NCBI GenBank assembly: GCA_048213135.1
Contig: PS015054.1
Span: forward strand, 23,090-87,089
Source of the DNA: Reclinomonas americana ATCC 50394
Taxonomy: Eukaryota
Direction: 5' to 3'
Length of the DNA: 64,000 bases
Shown here: positions 55,060-64,000 of the stretch, piece by piece
Numbering within the stretch: position 1 is the first letter of the stretch
Layout of the letters: each line of letters opens with the position of its first letter
Position numbers and translations under genes: made by a program
The notes under the pieces: model-generated
Databases searched by the model: none
The model's input: only the letters and a program-made list of their open reading frames with translations
Told to the model about the DNA's origin: nothing

Positions 55060-58000
55060 ATGAGTGAGGGCACGGATGTGTACTTTACGCAGCTGTCGTC
55101 GCAGTCGGGCTCGCCACTCGGCTTTTGCCACTTCAAAGTGTTGCGTTTTCTCCCCTGTATCGTCGTTTTCTCATTATGTGTGTGCGCCTTTTGAACTCAC
55201 CTTGCCTTGTGTGGCGGTTCCGAACAGGACTCGCCGTGGTGATGTGCATGTGGGTGCCACTCGTGTCGGTGTCGACCCTGCGTACTGGGAGAGCTTCCGT
55301 CATCGCGTCGAGCTGAAACCAGAGGTATGCAATGTGTTTATTTGTTCACTCACCGCATGTGTTGTTCACCATGTATGTTGCGTGCGTGTGCGTGTGTGTG
55401 CTCGTCTTGCAGTGGCAGAACATGCGCATGTCGGCCACCGTCTTCTTTTCCTCGATCAAAAAGGCATTTGAGGACAACAGTGCACGTGCCCAGGTGTGTT
55501 CGGGATCTCTCTCTCTCTCTCTGTTCTGCACCCTGCTCATCATGTGTACGCGGCAGGTGTCGCGCGACGAGAACATGCTCAACGTGATGGTGCCGATCGG
55601 CACCGGCAGCTTTGTGATGAGTCTGCGTCGCATCACCGACACTCCGCTGGCATACCGCGCCGCTGAGATCTTCTTCCAGGAGATGCTGAACTCGGTGCAA
55701 TCGATGCGCAAGCAAGTCGAGTCGAAGAAGCGTGAGTCGCTGCCTCTGTCTCTACTGCACGCATTCCTCCCTTCCCACCAGTCATCTCACGCTGACCACA
55801 GCTCGTGAGTCGGCTGCTGCCGATCGCGAGGTCAGCGCGGCGTTCTCGGAGAACCCGCTGACGCCGAACCAAAAGTCGACCCGGCCTCGTGTCGCCCCGA
55901 TTGACGACGACCCCGACGCACCAGTGCCGGTCAAGGTCAGCTCTCGGCCGCCAAACACACCGCTGTCGCCGTCAAGCAAGGCAAACCGCCGTGGATCTCG
56001 CGTTCTCTCGCCCACTCCCATTAGCAAGCTGTCGCCGACGGCATCGGTCAAGTCGGTGGACACGCAGCGCAGTCGCCGTGCGGCCGAGGACAAGGAGAAC
56101 AAGAGCTCGTCCAAGTCGTCGCGCAAGTATGCGCCGACGTTGCCGGCCGACGAAACGGAGCCGGCCAGCGGGGGCATGTCGCCGACCAAGGCGAGCTCGG
56201 AGAAGGGTCACGATGCGGGCGACGATGCGGCCTCGGATGACTCGGCCGACTCGGAGGAGCTGAGAATTCGTGCGTCGCGCGCCCGTTTCTCACCGCGGCG
56301 CATGTCGATGGCTCCGCCAAGGAGGCCCATTTCGGCGGCCGGTCCCGGCCCTGTGCAGTACAGAGCTCCTGGAGCGCTCATGCAGCGTTGCGTAGCCACC
56401 GCCCCGTTATCCACTTAACTATCCATGACAAGCGCCCTCTAACCGTCTTGCCCTGTTCCTCTCCCAACAGGTCGTGAAAGCAACGCTGTCACGCTGCCGG
56501 TGGACAAGGCCATTGGCATCCTCAACTATCTCAAGGCAGCTCTGATCTCGAGCGGTGAGTGAGGCGAGGTCAGGCACTATATCTTGCTTATTTCCTCACC
56601 ACCCCCATTGTCTGCGCGCACAGGCTTCCCCAAGGAGGACCAAGACAATGTGGAGTACGTCATTGGACTGTTCATCAGCAACGACTTTTACACCCCCGAG
56701 GCTCTGGACCCGGACTCTGCCTCACGTGCGTTTGCGCAACCAGAGATGGGGGGAAACCACGCAAAGAGAGTTCTCATCATGCCATTTGTTTACTGCAGAG
56801 GCGGAGACGGTGGAGGACAAGTGCGACACGCCGGCGGCGGTGCTGCGTGGTCACACGGACGACGAGATCACACAATTTGTGATGACCGAGCTCGTGCGCA
56901 AGGAGAGGAAGAAGACTGTGCGACAGGCCATGCGTGGCATGTTTGGTGCCTTCCGCTTCGCGTTGCGTCACCAACAGTCATCTTTTTTTGCAGTCGACTG
57001 GAGAGCTCACCCTTCCTCACACACACACACACACAACAGGCAAGCACTGAAGAAGAAGATGCAGACTATGCTGCTCGCAACCATTAATCCGGGCTCTCCC
57101 GAGGCCATGCTGCCGATCCTGAGCGGCATTAGTCACTGGGACTTTGACGTCTTCCAACTCTCCAACATGACCGGTCGACCACTGTACTACACCGGCATCT
57201 CGATATTCTACAAGTACAACTTGATCAAGAAGCTGCAGCTGGACGAGGAGCGCGTGAAGGCGTTCCTGACCGAGGTCGAGAAATCGTACCGCCCCAATCC
57301 CTACCACAACAACATCCACGCCGCAGATGTCACCCAAACGCTCTTCTACTTTATCCAGGCGGGAGGCTTTGATCTGTTGCGTCCTTGCGTCGTTGTCACT
57401 TGAAGCAAAGATAGTAGTATCTGACCGCAACAAACAAATCGCAGCTACTTGGACGACATTGACTTGTTCGCGGCGGTGTTTGCGGCTCTGATTCACGACG
57501 TGGACCACCCGGGTCTCAACAACATCTTCATGGTCAAGACCGAGTCTTTCGAGGCCATGACCTACAACGATCAGGCCGTGCTGGAGAATCACCACCTGAA
57601 GTTCGCCTTCCAGTTGCTCTACAACAGCGACTTCAACTTTGTCGGACACTTGCCACCTGAGAAGTTGAGCTGCGGCTGGTTGATCACCACCGCCATTGTC
57701 GCTGTCCATACTCACCCGTCACCGCACACAGGCGTCGCCAATTCCGCGACACTGTCATTCAAATGGTGCTCGCCACCGACATGGGCAAGCATCTGGAGTT
57801 TGTCGGCAAGTTCCAGAGCCGTTTGATGAAGAAGGGTGCGTGTGCATGTGTGCGCTGGTTGTTCTCTGCAGCAATGGATCTGATGACGTGCGCGCCACAC
57901 AGAGTTCGATCACAACGATCGCCAAGATATAATATTGCTGCTTCAGGTACTGCTCAAGTGCGCCGATGTCAGTAACCCGGCCAAGCCCATCGACATTTAC

Positions 58001-58255
58001 AAGTTGTGGGCCGACCGCGTGACGGAAGAGTTTTACCAGCAGGGCGATCGGGAGCGACAGCTCGCGCTCCCCGTGTCGCCGTTCATGGATCGCATGAAGC
58101 CATCGAAGGCCAAGTGCCAGATTGGCTTCATCGACTTCTTGACGCAGCCGCTGTACGACAATCTGGCCAGCTTTGTGCCAGCTCTGACACACACGGTCAA
58201 CATGATGAAGGACAATCGCCGCTACTGGGCGGGCCTCATGCCGCCCCCAGCGTGA
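55060..58255 (+). CDS. Class I 3',5'-cyclic nucleotide phosphodiesterase with unusual N-terminal domain
   Basis: WDFDVF, NPYHNNIHAADV, ALIHDVDHPGLNN, YNDQAVLENHH, VLATDM, LKCADVSNP, EEFYQQGDRE, QIGFIDF. Exon phases are consistent from ATG 55060 to the stop. Confidence 0.93.
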
Positions 58256-58576
58256 GCCCGAACGTCGCCGCCCCAGAGGCAGACGTAGAAAAAAATAAGC
58301 GCCAGTTATCCTTTCCTCTCTCTCTCCCCTGCCACCCCCCTCATTCTCCCCTCCCTAGTGTGTGTGTGTGTGTGTCTGTATGCAAGTAGTGTGTTTTACC
58401 GCAAGCTTGCGTGTTTCGGAAAAAGTACCACCTCCCCGAGCAGCTGTTAAACCCCCTGTATATTTGCACTATCGCTGTCCCTCATCCTGGAGCGTTCTTG
58501 CGTGTCTCGGAGATTGAAGACGACGGTGACGGAGGAAAGAAAACGCTGAGCTTCGCAGGACATTCACAATCGATCA

Positions 58577-59139
58577 ATGGCCGCGCGACGCCCACAGCTG
58601 CTGCCACCCAACGAGGCAGAGACCCTCAACAAGGCACTGCAGAGTGCACTCTACAGGTGGCTCCCACGACTGCGCATACACACACACCAATGCATGTGTG
58701 ACTGACTGCATCGCAGATCATGTCCGCAGTTCACCGAGGCACTGCGGTGCGCTCGCTCCGTCTCCAGCGATAAGCTCGAAAGCAAGTGCAGCAAGTACCT
58801 CGACGCCTCCGACGCCTGCTTCAAGAAGCAAGTGAGTATGTTTCATGAGATCGATGGATGTGAGTTCCGATCACTCATCATCGTCGCCGCGCACACAGAC
58901 CAAGGCCATCAAGCAGCACTGCAAGCAGGTGTGCACGATACTCTCTCTCTCTCACTCTCTCTCTCTCTCTCCCTCGCCCCCTCTCTTTGGGTGCTGATGC
59001 AGTTTTATGGCAGACTTCGGAAGTGGCTGTGGCGTGCGCGCACGAGAAACCCGGACGATGTGCACGCCAGGTGGCAGCCGCCGTCGACTGCATGGTGGAG
59101 TACATCTCCACGCATCCACCTCCCGCTGTTGATGAATGA
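58577..59139 (+). CDS. Small CX8C/CX9C x4 (CHCH-type) mitochondrial IMS protein, 4 exons
   Basis: Spliced: RSCPQFTEALRC..ESKCSKYLDASDAC..IKQHCKQTSEVAVAC..RCARQVAAAVDC. Confidence 0.7.
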
Positions 59140-59242
59140 ACAAGCATGAAAGACAGAAGTTGTCTGGGCGGCGGAATCATGACAGACAAGGTCGTTGGCG
59201 AGGGGCGAGAATCATTGATCCTCGTACGCAACACAGGGGAGA

Positions 59243-59848
59243 ATGAGCACACTGCCCACCATCGGCGGCGGCGATCAGGGCTACCACAGCACGGGAGCGA
59301 ACGTTAATGCAAGTCCCGGTGCGGCGCGCCAGGCGCCGCCCTCTGCAAAGTTGGCGAATCAACCGAAAGCGCAGATGAGCTTGCTGCCGGAGGAGCTGAC
59401 CACTGCCATGGAGACTCGGGCGCACCGGTGAGCAGCGGGAGAAGGCAGTGGTGTGTTTTTTTCGTTGCACAGCGGCCCTCACACACACATGCACATCGAT
59501 AGGCGTTGCTCGGCGCACGTGAGCGCCTACCGTACGTGCTCCAGTCGTGTGCGCGAGGCGCACACTGGCAGCACGCCGCTGTCGCCGACAGAGGTGGAGA
59601 GCAAGTGCGGCATGGAGGCCGTGTCGCTGGCGCGTTGTCTCGACGAGCAGGCGCGAGTGATTGAGCAGCATTGCGTGGATCGCGTACAACACGTGCTCGA
59701 CTGCTTGCACGAGACGCCGTCCGAGTGGCGTGCCAAGCGGTGCGAGCCGCACATACGGACAGCCATGGAGTGCGTCCTCGGCATTCACGATCCGCCTGGA
59801 CCACAGCGCGACTCGGACAAGCAGCACGGACAGCATCGCGAAGACTAG
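59243..59848 (+). CDS. Small four-CX9C (CHCH-type) mitochondrial IMS protein, 2 exons
   Basis: CSAHVSAYRTC, CGMEAVSLARC, CVDRVQHVLDC and CEPHIRTAMEC are four exact C-x9-C motifs. Confidence 0.78.
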
Positions 59849-59979
59849 TGAACATGCATCCATCCATCGCTACTTTTTCTTCACTTGCCACACACACACA
59901 CACGCACACTACATCGCCGCCATCACACTGATCACTGTACAAGCGGCTTTCTCCTCGTCGATCTCGAGCTCGATTGCGC

Positions 59980-62094
59980 TCACGGATCGGCGTCGTCGTC
60001 GGTCAGGTGATGCAACGAGTACTCGCTCTCCAGCTGGCACTCGCCGCCATTGAAGGTGTCCAGTCGATAAGTGTACAAAAAGCCATCCATACTGGCCACA
60101 AACACACGCGAGTTGTCCTCGGAGAAGGCACACGACGTCCGCACGCCCTGGTTCCGCACGTTAAAGTACGCAAAATGCCGGTCGTTTTCGGCCATTCGAC
60201 CCAGGGCGGCCGTGATGGTGCCCAGGAATCCCGTCGATTTCCTGGTCCACCCACTGTGTGAGCCAACAACAGTGCCCCCTAAACTCTCGCACTGTTGCAC
60301 TCACCGCTCACTCTCTTGTACAATGCGGAAAATGTGGCACGTTCCCGTCTCCGATGTCACGCACAGGAATGTGGCGTCGGGCGAGAACTGATGGCACATT
60401 CGAGCGAGCGGCGTGTGTGTGAGACAGAGTGTGTGTGTGTGGACAAGGTAATAGAAGTCACATTTCCGACGGCGACACACCTGCAGCGAGTGAATGACAG
60501 CCGACCGCCGACCACGGCGGAACGAGTGCAACTGCGTGCCGTCTGGCACGGAGAACACGCGCACTATTGTGCCCTTGCGTGAGGCCGTGGCAATGACGGT
60601 GCCGGCGTTGTTGATGGCGATGCCAGAGAGTGGATTGTTGTGCGCCTTGATCACTCCACCCCGTGGTGTGGCGGAGGCCACATTGAGCGCATCGTAGAGT
60701 ACCACAGATCCCTCCATGGGCAGCACAAAGTACGGCCCAGCGCCGGCACCGGCCTGGGACATGGCGCACAAGCCGAGTGGATTGGGGTCGGTAGTGAACG
60801 TCCCAATCAACTTGAGTGACGGCAGGTCAAACATGTGGATGCGGCTCTCCAGCACAACCACCATCCTGCGTGAGGCCAAGGAGAGGTCGAGTGAGTGTGT
60901 GAGAGAGACGACGACGACGGGGGCGACGGGGGTGGCCGCGTACCGACACTCGTTCATGCACACGTTGAGGATGGAGCTCACAAAGTTGAGGGTGCAGATG
61001 ATCTGCCCCTCGGCCACATTGGTCACCACCAGCCGCCGCCGCGAATTCAACTCGTCGCGCTCGCCACCAACGTACGCCAACAGGCTGGTCTGCTGCAGCA
61101 TGCGGACCAATGACACCGCACCGTCCGCTACATCCACACGCACACACACACACATTAGTCAACATCGATCGCCACACAGAAACAAGAGCGTGAATGGCCA
61201 TCGACGCACCTCCATAGGCACACGGCTTGAACGGGTACACCGAGGCCACTCGGAAACCATTCTCGGTTCCAATCGCCAAGTGTCTGCCATCACCGGACGA
61301 TTGAGTGCACGTGCGACGACGGCCAGGATGAAACTGACAACAAAGAACAACACGAAACGTAGACAGCTGGTTGAACGAGGTGTCGAGCAGGGCAGCCGAG
61401 TGTCGCGACGACGACGGCGGGAGCTGGGGGGGAGTGAAGCGAGCGAGTCAACAAAAATATCTCGCTTTCACGCGCACAACACACTCACACACGCCGACAT
61501 CAACGAGGAATCGTCGCTCTTTCGTGCACACCCACAAAAGTATGCGGAGATCAACAGACGCACACTGGCGCAGCTCACTTCGTGACAAGAACAATGTGCG
61601 AGCTTTCTTTGCTGCTGTTGATCACCACCCAAAGCAGCCCCTCTCTCTCCCACTCACATCCTCCATCACGTACACACACACACAGGAACGCTACGTGGCA
61701 CACACACGCGAGAGAGAGGAGAGAGAAGAGAGAAGAGAGACAGTGTGTGTGAGGGGGAGGGAGAGAGAGAGAGAGACGCAACCACTGTTGCCGCCAGAAC
61801 CGCGGGCGGTTGTGACCCAGCCGCAGCCGATGGTGCAGCAGCTGACGCAGTCGCGGTAGTGGCGGCAGCTGTCGCACTGCCACCGCCACCACCACCACCC
61901 ACACCTCCTGGTCTTCTTCGGTCGCCCCCGTTGCCATTGCCGTTGCCCGAAGTGGCTGCCGGAGCCCGCGCCGCCGCGCTCGGTGCCGCCGCCGTCGCCG
62001 CCGCCGCCGAGCCGGGCGTCACTCGGCGAGGCGGAGGCGCAAAGTCTTCCGCCGCCAAGTCGTCACCGGTGAGCAGTGGAACGTCGCCGTACAT
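59980..62094 (-). CDS. ATG18: PROPPIN WD40 protein ATG18/WIPI; start at 62094 (with Ala/Gly-rich extension) or alternatively 61500
   Basis: SFNQ..HLAIGTENGFRV, TSLLAYVG, ICTLNF, NPLGLCA, IKAHNNPL, IATASRKGTIVRVFS, FRRG, TSETGTCHIF, RHFAY. Confidence 0.9.
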
Positions 62095-62126
62095 TGCGAG
62101 AGAGAAATGAGACTCAGAATTTCATT

Positions 62127-63113
62127 TCAATTTCCCGCGCATTCCTCGCGTAGCTGATTGTCAGTGGCGCGTCGACGTCGTGCCGTTTCCAAGTCAGTGC
62201 GCAGCTGTCGAATGCGGGGCATGACTGCGTCGATGGCCTCTGCGGCCGAGTGGAAGTAGTCGTGCAGCGCGGTCGCCAGGTACACCGTGCCCTCCATCGA
62301 CTCAAAGTCACTGCACGTCACGATCAGTCAGCACACACACACGGGCAGAGGTACGCACGAGCAGTGAGCGCACCATCGCTCCACGGCGTACTGCATCATG
62401 CGTACAGCGTACTGGCCGAGATCGTCGACCAAACCGGCGGCCGCTTGCACACGAGCCTGTCGCACGTGGTCGGTGGGCCGGTGAGCAAGTTTGCGCCGCA
62501 GACCGGTCAGCGTCTGCCGAGCGTCGCGGTAGGCGCGCCTGGAGGTGACCACCTTGTCTTTCAGGAGATCGGCCACAAGGTCCTCGGCGGGGATGACCAG
62601 GCGGTCGGCCACAGTGTTGTAGATGGCCGACTTGTTCAGCGCCTGCGTGCGCGCCTTGTGAGCACTCACTGGCGATGATAGATTTGCAGTAACACTCACC
62701 ACTGTGCGCAGGGCGTCGGAGAAGCGTGCCACGGTGTCGTTGCGACACCGAATGGCCACGTTGGAGATGATCTCGGCCACTTGCGTCTCCAATGTCGCCG
62801 ACTCTGCGCAAGTTGGTTTTTTGAGCGACGATGGAACTTCTGCGCAAGCACAGAGACGTACGCAACTCAAGCTCTGCTGGGCCATCTCGCGGCCGACGGA
62901 GATCATCTGGTGCATGTCATGGCTTGTGTGCACGCAGGCGGCTTTCAGCGAGTCGTATCCGACGGCCTTTCGCACGGGCTCTGTCGACGAGAACAGCGGA
63001 CCGGCAGCAGGAGGCGACTGCGGCGAGCCAGGCGAAGATGCCAGGGGTGGTGGTGTTGTTGTCGTTGTCACTGCCGACAATTTGGGCGTGCGAGGAAAGT
63101 GTGTTGCTGTTTG

Positions 63114-63156
<43 letters not shown>

Positions 63157-63291
63157 GAAAACCAACGACCGCATGCAGTGAATGCACACAACCGGTGAGT
63201 CCGAGTTGCTCTCTGTCTCTCTCGACCAGTTGTCTTCACAGACAGGGTGCGCGAAACTCACCTGCGGCAGACTTGCTGTCGCCGTCGCCAT
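62127..63291 (-). CDS. Helical BAR-domain-like protein; start uncertain
   Basis: All-helical region with BAR-like features (RLVIPAEDLV, RRAYRDARQTL, ALHDYFHSAAEAI); GT-AG joins stay in frame. Confidence 0.55.
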
Positions 63292-63734
63292 CGACGCCGA
63301 GATGCACAGTGTGCAATGCAGGCTGCTGGCGCAGTGCATGCCATACACTCTCGGCACCGATCTCCGATCGTGTCGGTACTGCACACGACTGCCGACAGCC
63401 CATGAGGTGCGAGGTGAGTGACGGAGTGCTGGGAGAGGAGAGGAGAGGTGTGCGCCGGAGAGTGATGCAAAAAAGAAAGATGAAACATGCACTTCGAAAC
63501 TCCTGCAAGTGACAGTTGACTTGCCTCTCCGTGATAAATTGTGCGCAAATGCATGATGCATGAATGCCACTTCATCATTTGTGGATCGCCATGTTGCCGT
63601 GTTTTGTCGTGTTTTCAAGTCGAACAAACACGGCAAATATCCGAACACTCCGACATCCTTTTTTTTTTCACTTCACACCTCACACACACGCTGACGAGCA
63701 AAGACGAGTCCAGGCGCTCTCTTCGCTGGACATC

Positions 63735-63960
63735 ATGCCGACAACCGACAACTGCGTCTGCGTGGTAATCTACAATGCAAGCGTCCGCATTTTCGACGAT
63801 GTTGCGTTAACGTTCTCAGCCCACCTCCTCTCCGCCTCCGACCCTGCCACTCACTGTGCTGCTGCAAGTACACAGGATATATCGTCCACTGTGTTCGCGA
63901 TGGACTTTGTGTACAGCGGCATCATCTTGGTGCAGCTGCTTGTCATCATGTTTTTCTTGG
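63735..63960 (+). CDS. 5' start of a membrane protein (runs off the window)
   Basis: MPTTDNCVCVVIYNASVRIFDD|DISSTVFAMDFVYSGIILVQLLVIMFFL| with an in-frame GT-AG intron and a TM helix. Confidence 0.5.
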
Positions 63961-64000
63961 TGTGTTCAGTTCTCCCTCTCTCACTCCCTCTCTCCTTCAC

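Noticed and set aside
58577-58730. Possible frameshift needed to reach a CTLQFTEALRC CX9C motif
   Set aside because: The upstream acceptor (catcgcag|ATCATGT) keeps the ATG frame and gives CPQFTEALRC with no frameshift.

Overview
This is nuclear genomic DNA of an unidentified microbial eukaryote, probably flagellated, using the standard genetic code. It is a draft assembly with N-gaps next to (GA)n/(CT)n/(GT)n microsatellites. About 27 protein-coding genes are present, most interrupted by many short GT-AG introns with CTCAC/CTGAC-like branch points and separated by very short intergenic spacers. Recognisable genes: PH + Rubicon-homology protein, RhoGAP, an intronless bacterial-type ATP-grasp (R2K) protein, GCN2, mitoribosomal mL59, a stand-alone FERM protein, RING-H2 E3, EFM7/NNT1, TEX47/DYBLUP-like, a TTBK-family kinase ending in CaaX, RPS3, ESS2, a PHO80/PCL-like cyclin, an Eis-like GNAT, mitochondrial TsaD/OSGEPL1, an alpha/beta hydrolase, a class I cyclic-nucleotide PDE, two tandem four-CX9C-type proteins, ATG18/WIPI and a BAR-like protein. 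Three observations stand out. (1) More than 20 introns start with a 5' splice site shifted by one nucleotide (GTTGCG[T] instead of GTGCGT/GTGAGT), a class that is rare in well-studied genomes. (2) The PDE's N-terminus resembles an XRCC4/PAXX/SAS-6-superfamily head plus coiled coil. (3) Intergenic compaction is extreme (21-130 nt). All gene models were assembled by eye, so the coordinates of uncertain ends are approximate. No rRNA, tRNA, CRISPR array or transposase was seen.
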